A stretch of 64,000 nucleotides of DNA, from assembly GCA_965205025.1 (NCBI GenBank), contig CBDBFU010000013.1, positions 1 to 64,000 on the forward strand, given 5' to 3'. The position numbers and the translations under genes are program-made. Each line of letters begins with the position of its first letter. The first letter of the stretch is position 1. This DNA comes from Candidatus Poribacteria bacterium (GTDB taxonomy: Bacteria; Poribacteria; WGA-4E; WGA-3G). The notes beneath the pieces are model-generated. The model saw only the letters and a list, made by a program, of their open reading frames with translations. It had not been told where the DNA came from and made no database searches. Below, one piece after another: positions 20,758 through 31,261 of this stretch.

Positions 20758-22902
20758 ATGGTGATTACTATGGATACAACATCTGGTAAAGCTGTATGTC
20801 CCTACTGTGGTGTCGGATGTATCATTCGACCAACTGTTGAGAAGAATATTATTACAAAAATATCTACTGATGAGAATGATGCACCTAATTTTGGTATGCT
20901 CTGTCCGAAAGGAGCACTTCTCAAGCAGGCATATCAAAACCACGATGGACGACTGGCATATCCCATGATCCGTAAAGATAAGAATGAACCCCTAAGAAGA
21001 GTAACATGGGAGGAAGCTTTAGCATTCACAGCAAATCGTCTTCAGGAAATCCAGTTGGATTATGGAAAGGATGCAATTGCACTATATGGTTCAGGACAAA
21101 TGGATACGGAAGCATCTTATGTCTATAACAAACTATTCAAAGGATTTCTTGGGACAAACAATGTAGATACAAATAGTAGACTTTGTATGTCATCCGCTGT
21201 GGCTGCCTACCTTCAAGCATTTGGTTCCGATGGACCACCTACATGTTATGATGACATTAATCATGCCGATGTATTTCTAATCATAGGTGCTAATATGATG
21301 GTCAATCACCCTGTACTTTTTCAAATGATACGAAAAAGACGATCGTCCGACCCGAATGTGCGTATAATTTGCGTTGATCCGCGTAGGACTAAAACTGCCG
21401 AGTTTTCAGATATACATGTCCCTCTTGCTCCAGGTAGTGATGTAGCATTCTTACAGCTCATTTCCAAACGCTTGTTATCAATTGGACGTTCTGATAAACG
21501 TTTCATTCAAAGAAGTACTGAAAATTATTCTGCATATAGTAACCATTTAGAAAGTTTAAACGATGATTCATTACTATCAACCTGCGATATACATCCAGGA
21601 CGAATAGACGAGATTATTGAGTATTTGTCAAAACCAAATCGACTTCTTAGTTTTTACTGTCAAGGCACAAATCAAAGCACCAGTGGAGTTGATAAAAACG
21701 CGGCTTTGATAAATCTTCATCTCCAGTTAGGTGAAATTGGAAAAGAGGGTGCAGGTCCATTTTCACTAACAGGACAAGCGAATGCAATGGGTGGAAGAGA
21801 AGTAGGTTATCTCTCTCATCAACTTCCTGGATATAGAGTTGTGTCTAATGAAATGCATCGGGCATATCTTGAGGGAGCATGGAGGATTCCACCGGGCAGT
21901 ATTGATGAAAACCCAGGATTAACTGCTGTACCGATGTTTAATGCTGCAGCTAATGGAGTTGTGAAAGCACTTTGGATTGCATGTACTAATCCAGCAGTAA
22001 GTATGCCTGATACAAAGATTGCACAAGAAGGATTGGAACGCGCCGAATTGGTTATTGTCCAAGACTGTTATCATCCTACTGAAACAACTGAATATGCTGA
22101 TGTGTTATTACCAGCAGCCCAATGGGGAGAAAAACACGGTACCATGACAAACAGTGAACGGATGGTTATTCGAAGTGATAAAATGCTTGATCCTCCAGGG
22201 GTTGCTAAACCGGATTGGTGGATTTTCACTCAGGTTGCTAAGGTTCTGGGGTTTAAACGGGAGTTTGATTATCGTACACACGAGGATATATGGGATGAGT
22301 ATCGGTATCTAACTGGTGGAACACCTTGTGACCAATTGGGTATGACGAATGAACGGCTGAAAAATACATCATTGAGATGGCCATGTCCAAACACCCAACA
22401 TCCCGGTACACCACGACGATTTACACGAAAAAAGTTCTTGACTCCATCAGGGAAGGCACAGTTTATGACACCTATTTATAAACCACCCGATGAAAATATT
22501 GATGAGGAATTTCCTTTAGGGTTGACAACCGGACGCGTTTCAAGTCAATGGCATACAAGAACTCGAACAGGTAAGGTAGCCCAATTAAATAAAATAGATC
22601 CAGTTCCATTTGTTGAAATACATCCTGAGGATGCATTAGAATACGGTGTGAATGATAAAGATTGGATTTACCTTGTGGGAAGACGTGGAAGGTGTTATGC
22701 CGAAGCACGAGTCACAGAGACTATCCGTCGCGGATTACTCTTTATGCCATTTCATTGGGGAGACCTATTCCATAAAGAAACAAATGTTAATTATGTGACG
22801 AATTCAAACTTTGATCCTGTATCCAAGCAACCAGAATTGAAATATTGTGCTGTACGGATTGAAAGTAATGATGGAAAGAATCAATCAATTGAATTTAACT
22901 AA
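20758..22902 (+). CDS. narB: Assimilatory nitrate reductase catalytic subunit (NarB/NasA-type Mo-bisPGD, one 4Fe-4S)
   Basis: CPYCGVGC...LCPKG, DTNSRLCMSSA, SLTGQANAMGGRE, SKQPELK. At ~714 aa it lacks a C-terminal BFD extension. Confidence 0.9.
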   Translation: MVITMDTTSGKAVCPYCGVGCIIRPTVEKNIITKISTDENDAPNFGMLCPKGALLKQAYQNHDGRLAYPMIRKDKNEPLRRVTWEEALAFTANRLQEIQLDYGKDAIALYGSGQMDTEASYVYNKLFKGFLGTNNVDTNSRLCMSSAVAAYLQAFGSDGPPTCYDDINHADVFLIIGANMMVNHPVLFQMIRKRRSSDPNVRIICVDPRRTKTAEFSDIHVPLAPGSDVAFLQLISKRLLSIGRSDKRFIQRSTENYSAYSNHLESLNDDSLLSTCDIHPGRIDEIIEYLSKPNRLLSFYCQGTNQSTSGVDKNAALINLHLQLGEIGKEGAGPFSLTGQANAMGGREVGYLSHQLPGYRVVSNEMHRAYLEGAWRIPPGSIDENPGLTAVPMFNAAANGVVKALWIACTNPAVSMPDTKIAQEGLERAELVIVQDCYHPTETTEYADVLLPAAQWGEKHGTMTNSERMVIRSDKMLDPPGVAKPDWWIFTQVAKVLGFKREFDYRTHEDIWDEYRYLTGGTPCDQLGMTNERLKNTSLRWPCPNTQHPGTPRRFTRKKFLTPSGKAQFMTPIYKPPDENIDEEFPLGLTTGRVSSQWHTRTRTGKVAQLNKIDPVPFVEIHPEDALEYGVNDKDWIYLVGRRGRCYAEARVTETIRRGLLFMPFHWGDLFHKETNVNYVTNSNFDPVSKQPELKYCAVRIESNDGKNQSIEFN

Positions 22903-23013
22903 AATAGATATAAATCTCCATTAAAGTATCACTGAATCATGTCTCTATAAGATTGATCTGTCATAACTACACTATAATATTAGTCCATAGTATCCTCTAT
23001 GGAATTATTGTTT

Positions 23014-23976
23014 TTAAAATCCAAGTTCTTTATTCACTATATTCTTCAACTCTTCTCCATTTAGATATCGCTCTAAATTGTCTAAGAAAAATGAGGTTAT
23101 ACGGTTCATCCGGTGTTGAGATCCACCAGCAGAATGAGGAGAAATAATTACATTCGGAAAATCCCATAATGGACTGTTTGAATCTAATGGTTCAACTTCC
23201 GTGACATCTAACCCAGCACCAGCAATTTTTTCATCTTTCAAGATCTGAATTAGGTCTTCTTCTTTGACAATTGGACCACGAGCAACGTTAATAAAATAAG
23301 CAGTTGGTTGCATGACAGATAGATTATCAGCATTTATCAAACCTTGTGTTTCCTCTGTCAAAGGACAAGCAATCATAACAACATCTACTTGACTCATGAG
23401 ATCTTTTAGTTTATCCATCGGCATCAGTTCATCAACATTATCAGGTTTTTCTGTCCGGTATGCATCTACAGCAATAACATGCATATCAAACCCTTTTGCA
23501 CGTTTCACCATTTCCATACCAATACCACCCAAACCAACGATACCCATCTTAAATCCATCAATCTCAACCATCGGTGTACCCAGACCACCCCATTTGTGTT
23601 GATCTTGATTCCGTACCGTCTGGTGGATTCCTCTTGCCAAACCTAATAGCAGAGCAAAGGCTTGGTCGGCAACATGTGTAGCATATAATCCTGCAGCGTT
23701 TGTCAGAATTACATCACTTGCGCGTATTGCAGGATACATATGTCTATCCATACCTGCACTCGAAGCTTGTATCCATTTTATGTTTGGAAATAGCGGAAAA
23801 ATCTCTTCACTACAAAACCCGAAGAAAATATCAGTATCTTTACCTTCCTCAGCCATTTCCTCGTGTGAACCTGACAAGACGTAGGTGTGTTGATTACTAA
23901 TGATATCTTCTAATCGTTTAAGTTGTTCACCTTCAACTCTATGTTGTAATAATATCTTCATATATATTCCTTTCAA
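23014..23976 (-). CDS. D-2-hydroxyacid dehydrogenase family protein (likely start 23961)
   Basis: GIVGLGGIG, FINVARG, AGLDV.EVEPL, SPHSAG. Confidence 0.92.
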   Translation of the reverse strand: MKGIYMKILLQHRVEGEQLKRLEDIISNQHTYVLSGSHEEMAEEGKDTDIFFGFCSEEIFPLFPNIKWIQASSAGMDRHMYPAIRASDVILTNAAGLYATHVADQAFALLLGLARGIHQTVRNQDQHKWGGLGTPMVEIDGFKMGIVGLGGIGMEMVKRAKGFDMHVIAVDAYRTEKPDNVDELMPMDKLKDLMSQVDVVMIACPLTEETQGLINADNLSVMQPTAYFINVARGPIVKEEDLIQILKDEKIAGAGLDVTEVEPLDSNSPLWDFPNVIISPHSAGGSQHRMNRITSFFLDNLERYLNGEELKNIVNKELGF

Positions 23977-23997
23977 AATGGAATCGTCAATGTCATT

Positions 23998-24891
23998 TTA
24001 CCACGGAGGAGTATCCGGCAGTAATTCTTGAAATTGGGTTAGCAAATCTTCTTCATATCTACCAACATATTGTCCACTAAAAAATCTATCTATTCCTTCA
24101 TCCAAAAAATCTGCCCATGATGTATCTTCGGATCCAGGATTGACAGGAAAAAACATCGCATCTACACTCTGCGCTGCTTTTAAATCACCTGGAGAATCCC
24201 CAATCATTAATACACGATTTTTAGCATACTTACCTTCAGTTGTAATAGTAAGATGTTCTGTCTTTGTTCCCATCTCTTGTCCTGCGATTAGTGCAACATA
24301 CTGTTCTATATCATGTTCTACCCATTCACGTTGTAATGCTTCATCTGGTGTGGCAGAGACAACAATTACATCTGCTTTTCCTTGAAGTCGTTGTAATGCC
24401 TCCCTTACTCCTGGAAACGGAGGTAAATTGTAGACAATTTCTCCAACACTTACATTTACATCAAGACTCCATTGCATGACTTTGCTTAATTCATCATATT
24501 TTTCTCCGGATGCTTTATCGATTGCTTCTTGTAGAGCAGGATTACCAAGTTTTGTTTCTACTTCAGTCCATTCACGTAGATAAGGTAATTCTGGAACATC
24601 GACACCCATCTTCTGAACTAATGCCATTTCGCGTAAATAATCAAACACAAGTAAGACTGCTTTAAATCGGTTTGTCCCTCGCATTGTAGAGTATAGATTA
24701 ACAAAATCCCACGCCTGATGTACCTGACGTGAGATAGAGGCTAAACCGAAGTGTTTTACTACGTTTACACTAAAGCAATCATTATGTTTTACCTCCATGC
24801 TATTGAAGACACAACCGTCTGAGTCGATACCTACAAAAAAATCGTATTGTGGCTTAAAATCATGAAGGAGTTGTTGTGGACTATTCGTCAT
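23998..24891 (-). CDS. HAD-family hydrolase
   Basis: GIDSDGCVF motif I and MIGDSPGD motif IV. Confidence 0.85.
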   Translation of the reverse strand: MTNSPQQLLHDFKPQYDFFVGIDSDGCVFNSMEVKHNDCFSVNVVKHFGLASISRQVHQAWDFVNLYSTMRGTNRFKAVLLVFDYLREMALVQKMGVDVPELPYLREWTEVETKLGNPALQEAIDKASGEKYDELSKVMQWSLDVNVSVGEIVYNLPPFPGVREALQRLQGKADVIVVSATPDEALQREWVEHDIEQYVALIAGQEMGTKTEHLTITTEGKYAKNRVLMIGDSPGDLKAAQSVDAMFFPVNPGSEDTSWADFLDEGIDRFFSGQYVGRYEEDLLTQFQELLPDTPPW

Positions 24892-24990
24892 CTTCTCTCC
24901 TTAAATGCATATTTTGTAATCGATAAGCGGATTGTTGGTATATGGATAAGGATAGTATATGATAAATAAAACTGCCATAATTCTAATAGA

Positions 24991-26454
24991 TTAATCAATA
25001 GATACTTCTGGACGATTCTCCAACATCCATTCTGTATGGAATACCTTCGGCTCACCATCTACGCCAACAACGATATTACCATCATTATCCAATTTATGAT
25101 ATGTATGTGCTCCAAAATAATCGCGCATTGCCTGAATTAAGTTAGCAGATAATCTACTACTTCGGTAACTATCAAAATATGCCAAAGCAGAACTAAATGC
25201 TGGAACTGGAACACCTAATTGTGTTGCTGTACTGATTACATTTCTCCAGTGTGGTTGTGCAGTTTCAATGACACCTCGAAAATAGGAATCAAGTAGTAGG
25301 TTTGGCAAGTTTGGATTTCTATCAAATGCTTCTGCAATTCTATGAAGGAATTTAGCGCGAATAATACATCCACCCCGCCATCCTAAAGCTATGTTCCCAA
25401 GATCAAGATTCCAATCATACTCTGTACTGGCTTCACGCATGAGTGCAAAACCTTGTGCATAAGAACAAATCTTCGCAGCATATAATGCATCATGTATGTC
25501 TTGAAGCATTGCTTCACGGTCTCCATCAAATGTTCCTACAGGTCCCTTAATTACTTCCGCTGCATCCACTCGTTCACTCTTGATAGCAGATATACATCTG
25601 GCAAAAACTGCTTCAGCTATAGTAGGTGCTGAAATACCAAGATCTAAAGCAGAAATACTGGTCCATTTCCCAGTGCCTTTTTGTCCTGCTTGATCAAGTA
25701 CAACATCTACAAAGGGAAGACCTGTTGGATCATGTTGTGTGAATATATCAGCTGTGATCTCTATAAGATAAGAATTAAGTTCTCCTTGGTTCCATTTGTT
25801 AAAAACTTCATGCATCTCTTCAGCATTAAGACCTAATACCTCTTTCATCAGAGAGTAGGCTTCGCATATTAGTTGCATATCACCATATTCAATTCCATTA
25901 TGTACCATCTTAACATAATGTCCTGCTCCATCCGGTCCAATGTAGGAAGAACAAGGTGTACCTTCAACTTGTGCAGCAATCTTTGTAAATATTGGTTCAA
26001 CGAGTTTATATGCTTCTGGAGAACCACCAGGCATCATTGCTGGACCTTTTAATGCCCCTTCTTCACCACCTGATATACCTGTCCCAATATATAGAATATC
26101 TTGTTCAGTTAATTCTTTATGACGGCGAACAGTATCATTAAAGTTTGAATTTCCACCATCAATAATTAGGTCTCCTTTTGATAGATGGGGAACTAACATC
26201 TCAATGAATGCGTCAACAGGTTCTCCTGCTTTTACCATTAAAATGATCTTTTTGGGGGAATTTAATTGAGAAATGAAATCTGGAATGGAATGTGACCCGG
26301 TGATATTTTTGTCTTTTGCGGAACCAGAAAGGAATGCATCAACACGAGAAACTGTTCTATTGAAGACTGCAACTTCGAAACCTTTACTCTCGATATTTAG
26401 AGCAAGGTTTTCTCCCATAACTGCTAATCCTATGAGTCCTATATCTGCTGCCAA
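24991..26454 (-). CDS. gndA: 6-phosphogluconate dehydrogenase, NADP-dependent, decarboxylating
   Basis: IGLAVMG, GHYVKMVHNGIEYGDMQ, QKGTGKWT, WRGGCIIR, RDYFGAHTY. Confidence 0.97.
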   Translation of the reverse strand: MAADIGLIGLAVMGENLALNIESKGFEVAVFNRTVSRVDAFLSGSAKDKNITGSHSIPDFISQLNSPKKIILMVKAGEPVDAFIEMLVPHLSKGDLIIDGGNSNFNDTVRRHKELTEQDILYIGTGISGGEEGALKGPAMMPGGSPEAYKLVEPIFTKIAAQVEGTPCSSYIGPDGAGHYVKMVHNGIEYGDMQLICEAYSLMKEVLGLNAEEMHEVFNKWNQGELNSYLIEITADIFTQHDPTGLPFVDVVLDQAGQKGTGKWTSISALDLGISAPTIAEAVFARCISAIKSERVDAAEVIKGPVGTFDGDREAMLQDIHDALYAAKICSYAQGFALMREASTEYDWNLDLGNIALGWRGGCIIRAKFLHRIAEAFDRNPNLPNLLLDSYFRGVIETAQPHWRNVISTATQLGVPVPAFSSALAYFDSYRSSRLSANLIQAMRDYFGAHTYHKLDNDGNIVVGVDGEPKVFHTEWMLENRPEVSID

Positions 26455-26579
26455 TCTTATGTCCTCCTATGTTTACAGTGTCTTCATATCATACACCTTA
26501 TAGGAAAATAGTGTCAACACAAAAATAGCTGGACATAATTTTATAGAACAAAATATGTGAATTGATCGGACCCCACTAT

Positions 26580-28082
26580 TTAAAATAATACCAGAATATA
26601 CTTAACAATGAACTCTTTGTATATAGTTATACTTCCAAAGATAGAATAAAAAACAGCACATAATAGTAAACCAATCTGTTTCCATAGCGGTGCTTGTATT
26701 TCTCTTGGGAGGAATTTCCAGTTAACATATAATGTATGTATAGCCGTGATGACAAGTAGATAACCGCCAATAGTTGCAGAGAACAGTATCATAAACAATG
26801 GTTTTGCAAAGTACATTGCTATCACACCGTATAAGATATATACAAGTAAAATCGGATAATAAATCCATTTTGCATTGTGTTCACCCATTTTTCTTGCACT
26901 TTTAAATCCTGTCCAAATTATGTCTGTATATCTACGTGGAACACTATCAACCGCACCAAGTTGAGTAGAAAATAGTACCCAGAAACCGCATAACAGTGTT
27001 AGATACCACATAAATCTACCACTTCTTTCAGCTAAGCCATCAGCTTGAAAACCGGCGGCTTTCCATTGCTCCATTTCCTGACCTAATGGTACATATTCAA
27101 GAGTTAACATTGCGGGAAGTGCTAATCCAATAAAACATCCTATCATCCAGATAAAATACTGTTCAAAACGGACATATTTCCACCATTCACGGAACTTTTC
27201 AATATTCTCTGGAGTAATACGGAAGACTTTCCCAATATGTGAGAGTGTTACATTTTGCCCACCAATCATTGATGGAATAGCACCGACAAGTTTCCCCATT
27301 CCCCAACCTTTATCGCGTACATAATTCGAAATAGTGATATTTCCTAATCCACCACTACCTGCATAAGCTGCAAATGCCCCTAATAAAAGCCAGTTAAATG
27401 AAGATCCTTCCTCTGCTGGTTCAGGAATAGAACCGAAACTAAAAAAGCCTTTAATGACTGTCCACCAAACTCTTGGTGACACAAGTGCAAGGTCAACCGT
27501 GACAAGGTAACCTATAATCAGAACAACCATAATAAGTTGGACTACTGCTAATGAATTGTATATCTTTCCACCTACCATTACGATTGCCAGACAAGAGAAA
27601 AATATTATAAAGGCAAAGATTCTAACAGTTCCAGTTTCTGTTTCTTCAGGTAAATGTCCTAAATAAATTGCACCAAGTGCAGTGGCAGCTGTCATTGCCC
27701 ATCCAGGCCAGCTGCTTAAAAAATCGACACTTGAATATGTAATTGCCCAGAAACGTGGACCGGGTTTACATCGCATATACCCACTTAACATCGGTTCTCC
27801 GGTATAGAGAGTATATCGTATAGACTCAGTATTGAGGAATGCTTGCAATATAATTGCAATAGTAGCAATCCATAAAAGTGTACCACCATATTGTGCAGTT
27901 ATCGCTGGACCCAATAACCATTCACCACTTCCGATTGAAGCTCCAAGTGCAATAATTCCTGGACCCAAAATGGCTGCAAATGCTTTACCAAATTGGTATT
28001 TTGGTGGTTCAGGTAATTCTGCTACCTCCCAATCAGGAAGTTCTCCTCCATCAACATGTTCATTTTCAATATTTTCTGCCAT
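26580..28082 (-). CDS. Nramp-like / APC-fold membrane transporter
   Basis: GPGIIALGASIGSGEW, AYAGSGG, ~11 TM segments. Confidence 0.75.
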   Translation of the reverse strand: MAENIENEHVDGGELPDWEVAELPEPPKYQFGKAFAAILGPGIIALGASIGSGEWLLGPAITAQYGGTLLWIATIAIILQAFLNTESIRYTLYTGEPMLSGYMRCKPGPRFWAITYSSVDFLSSWPGWAMTAATALGAIYLGHLPEETETGTVRIFAFIIFFSCLAIVMVGGKIYNSLAVVQLIMVVLIIGYLVTVDLALVSPRVWWTVIKGFFSFGSIPEPAEEGSSFNWLLLGAFAAYAGSGGLGNITISNYVRDKGWGMGKLVGAIPSMIGGQNVTLSHIGKVFRITPENIEKFREWWKYVRFEQYFIWMIGCFIGLALPAMLTLEYVPLGQEMEQWKAAGFQADGLAERSGRFMWYLTLLCGFWVLFSTQLGAVDSVPRRYTDIIWTGFKSARKMGEHNAKWIYYPILLVYILYGVIAMYFAKPLFMILFSATIGGYLLVITAIHTLYVNWKFLPREIQAPLWKQIGLLLCAVFYSIFGSITIYKEFIVKYILVLF

Positions 28083-28083
28083 A

Positions 28084-29112
28084 TTACCACTCCCAGCATA
28101 TACTGATATCTAATTTTTCTGCAATTGATTCAAGGTTACGCAGATGGTCAACATGTATTGGTATACCTGATTCAATCCATACATCATAATTGTTCCACTC
28201 AATTTCTCCAGGCAAATACACTTGCTTTACATCTTCCTGTGTTTTGGCATTATGTATATGATTAATACCTTCATTAATCTGGTTTACATAAGTATCAGAA
28301 TCTGTAAAACTCTCAATATTAATAGCGATAAAGAAGTGTTCGGATGACGAACCTGTCTTAACACAAGACATCATTCCACCTACTAATGGTCCCGCTAAAA
28401 TTCCCATGATAAGTGCCAATCCATAACCCCTTGCCTCACCAGCAGGAAGCATCCACGGACCTTGATTTGGATTATCACTCGGGTTCCCGGTATCATCCAG
28501 CAACCATCCTTCAGGAACTTCTTTTCCATACATACGAAGCGTACCAACTTTACCCCATGAAGAAACACCACATGCCATATCCAATACAATTGGATGGCTG
28601 TCACCAGTTGGTAGGGCATAACTCATAGCGTTGTTTGCAGTAACCGCTTCTGCACCACCGGGAGGAACAAGAGTAGGATTCCCTGTATTCGTCGTAGAAA
28701 AGCCTATCATATTATCTAAGGTAGCCATAATGGAATAGCAGGCTGCTGCGCCAAAATGACCTGCATTGTTCACACCAACTGCCCCAATGCCTGTTGTTTT
28801 GGCTTTTGATATTGCAGTCTCCATTGCAAATGTACTGGCAATATGTCCTATTCCATTATCACCATCAATCACTGCAGAACTTGTTGATTCAGAAACTATT
28901 CGTAAATTTGGCTCAGGATTGAGTGTACCATTTAGAATTTGGTTTAGATATCCAGGTAGAGCACGCGTTCCGTGTGAATGAACCCCACGTAGGTCGGTTT
29001 GCACCAACAGTTTTGCCATTAACTCTGCATTTACACTTGATAACCCCGCACTTTCACACAATGATCGAGTGAATTCATGCAATCTATCTGACTTAACAAT
29101 GACTTCCTGCAT
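28084..29112 (-). CDS. Ldh_2 family (malate/L-lactate/ureidoglycolate/sulfolactate) dehydrogenase
   Basis: DLRGVHSHG, HFGAA, VLDMA, YLPGE. Confidence 0.9.
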   Translation of the reverse strand: MQEVIVKSDRLHEFTRSLCESAGLSSVNAELMAKLLVQTDLRGVHSHGTRALPGYLNQILNGTLNPEPNLRIVSESTSSAVIDGDNGIGHIASTFAMETAISKAKTTGIGAVGVNNAGHFGAAACYSIMATLDNMIGFSTTNTGNPTLVPPGGAEAVTANNAMSYALPTGDSHPIVLDMACGVSSWGKVGTLRMYGKEVPEGWLLDDTGNPSDNPNQGPWMLPAGEARGYGLALIMGILAGPLVGGMMSCVKTGSSSEHFFIAINIESFTDSDTYVNQINEGINHIHNAKTQEDVKQVYLPGEIEWNNYDVWIESGIPIHVDHLRNLESIAEKLDISICWEW

Positions 29113-29327
29113 TTGTACCTCATTTATATATTGGAGTAGTTCTTATTTTAACAGAGACACGAATAGGATACAAGGACATTATATAACGTGAGTTTTATAA
29201 AGTCATTTCAGAGTTGGATTGGCGTGAGAAAAGTGGCAAAAAACCAGAATCACTTTGAAAACATGGGAAGTATCTCTCAGAAATTGTCTAAACTGTAGGA
29301 AAGACATATTGTAGCGTAAACTTTATA

Positions 29328-29683
29328 ATACCATTTCTATCAGGACTTACGCAATATAAGCAGAAAAAGGTGAAATTTGACTTAAAAAGTCGTCATTTCA
29401 GCGTTTTAACCCCCTAAATCCCCCTTATCAGGGGGACTTTAAGATGAAATGCGTAAGTCCTGTCTATAAATTATTGTCTCATTAGTCGGTTATTATGGTA
29501 GTCATTTTTCAGGTCACAAACTGAATGAAGATTAAAATAATAATTCGGTAATGTGTTAGAAATACGGTTCGGTTAGGAAACCGAACCTACCAAGTTTGGG
29601 AAAATGGGAATTACCGAATTTAAAACTTAATCCTCATAAAGTTTGTGGTACAAAAAAGAGACCTTTTCAATTAGAAATGGTAT
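29328..29683. mobile_element. 229-bp nested-palindrome MITE family C, copy 1 (interrupted by a 122-bp MITE)
   Basis: TIR ATACCATTTCTA/TAGAAATGGTAT. Near-identical to 32835-33063 once the insert and 5-bp duplication are removed (356 = 229+122+5). Confidence 0.88.
29341..29462. mobile_element. 122-bp MITE family D with 13-bp TIRs and 5-bp target duplication
   Basis: CAGGACTTACGCA...TGCGTAAGTCCTG flanked by TCTAT on both sides. The empty site in the family C copy at 32843-32847 has a single TCTAT. Confidence 0.92.
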
Positions 29684-29763
29684 TATAATGATATACTTGA
29701 TAGATAGTATTTTCGTTTGAAATGTGAATAGAAGCGGTGTTAAAATTTTCTTAAATAGATGAT

Positions 29764-30348
29764 ATGGAGAATGAAGAAATGAAGAATATAACTACTTACA
29801 AGAGCAAACAAGCAGTGAAAGAGTTTAGAATCATTACATTTACCTTTCATTTACCAATCATTTTACTTCTAATATTAAATGCCTGTAAGAACCCATTAAC
29901 TCTTGTTTTAGGTGATGAAAGAAACGATGTATTATCACAATTACAAGATAGGTCTTTTAGACAATTTGTACCATCAAAAGATGCTGATAAGAGAAAGGCT
30001 GTTATCATCGATTTTTCTAATCATCAGAATAGTAAAATGCAATTATGGGGACAATATGCTGAGGGTGGAGTAGCTATTAATGAATGGGAAATTTCTGATG
30101 ATGAAGTTTTTGTGTATAAGAATGATACTTATTACGAATTGTCATTTATAACACCTGTAACGCATCAAACTTTTCCAGAAAAATGCGATGATTGTATAAT
30201 AACAGATGGGGTTTCGATTTCTATACGTAATTTGTATGATAATGAGATGATCGAATTTAGAATCAATGATGAGAATAACGTACTGCCACCACCTTTTCCA
30301 GTATTTAGTTCATGGACAAGATTCAATGAGGATGAGAGAGTTTATTGA
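29764..30348 (+). CDS. Hypothetical lipoprotein
   Basis: Hydrophobic stretch followed by lipobox-like LNAC. 194-aa ORF. Confidence 0.6.
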   Translation: MENEEMKNITTYKSKQAVKEFRIITFTFHLPIILLLILNACKNPLTLVLGDERNDVLSQLQDRSFRQFVPSKDADKRKAVIIDFSNHQNSKMQLWGQYAEGGVAINEWEISDDEVFVYKNDTYYELSFITPVTHQTFPEKCDDCIITDGVSISIRNLYDNEMIEFRINDENNVLPPPFPVFSSWTRFNEDERVY

Positions 30349-30388
30349 CCTATATACATTGTTATCATAATCGGTTAAGATTATAAAT

Positions 30389-30419
30389 AAATAGGCGTAC
30401 ATATAATGCACGCCTATTT
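30389..30419. terminator. Bidirectional intrinsic terminator between convergent genes
   Basis: AAATAGGCGT...ACGCCTATTT stem with A/T flanks. Confidence 0.7.
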
Positions 30420-30430
30420 CATATACTCAA

Positions 30431-31261
30431 TTACTTACGTTTGATATCCGCCCAAATTGTCGTCAACTTTTCTTCTGGTTCAACAGATAAGGCACCCGCA
30501 ACTTCTTGAAAGAAACTGGCTTGGTCGTCAGCATTTTTGGGATAGATTTTCACAGCATTATGAGTGTCATCATCAAAATGAAGATTTATATAAGCATCTC
30601 CTCCACCCTCACCACATCGAAACAGAACGACATTTGCCCCTTTTACCAATTGAACTTCAATGTTATAATCAACTTGTTGTGGTGCACCTGTCCATGCAGA
30701 ATTATTATACCACTTCTCACCATTTATCCATATCTGAGCGTGGTCATCATGTGCAGGTGACATGACGGATTTCATGTCTTTTTTTGCTTCAATGACACAT
30801 ATCCAATAACCATCAAAGTTGTCATTAGGTCCACCATCTTTTTGCATATTGTGTGAATTCGCAGGGTCAATTTCAAAGACTCCCCATCCTGCTGCACCAC
30901 CGTTATTATCACCCCAGTTAAGGTCAGTAGTCTTAGTCTTCATTAAACCTTTAATTGTTGAAAGATCAACTTGGTTAAGTTTTCCACCTGAACTCATATC
31001 AATCAGATCTTTAGGTGCAGAAGCACCAAAACCTCCATTATTAGCATAATTCTTATCAGGACCATACCACTTGGTAATCCATGTATCTACTCCAGAATGA
31101 TCTTCATTGAGTTCACCCGCTGGATTTACTAATAACTCATCATCTTTAAGTGGTCCACCGTCTATATTTACTTTACCGATAGCATATATAGGTTGAGAAA
31201 AACTCATAACTAAACCGAACGAGATTATTGTTATGAGTATGAATAGATATCCTTTTTTCAT
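30431..31261 (-). CDS. Secreted hypothetical beta-sandwich protein with C-terminal KLTTxWxDIK motif
   Basis: Signal peptide. HDDHAQIWINGE and VQLVKGANVVLFR resemble a carbohydrate-binding jelly-roll. Ends SVEPEEKLTTIWADIKRK. Confidence 0.75.
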   Translation of the reverse strand: MKKGYLFILITIISFGLVMSFSQPIYAIGKVNIDGGPLKDDELLVNPAGELNEDHSGVDTWITKWYGPDKNYANNGGFGASAPKDLIDMSSGGKLNQVDLSTIKGLMKTKTTDLNWGDNNGGAAGWGVFEIDPANSHNMQKDGGPNDNFDGYWICVIEAKKDMKSVMSPAHDDHAQIWINGEKWYNNSAWTGAPQQVDYNIEVQLVKGANVVLFRCGEGGGDAYINLHFDDDTHNAVKIYPKNADDQASFFQEVAGALSVEPEEKLTTIWADIKRK

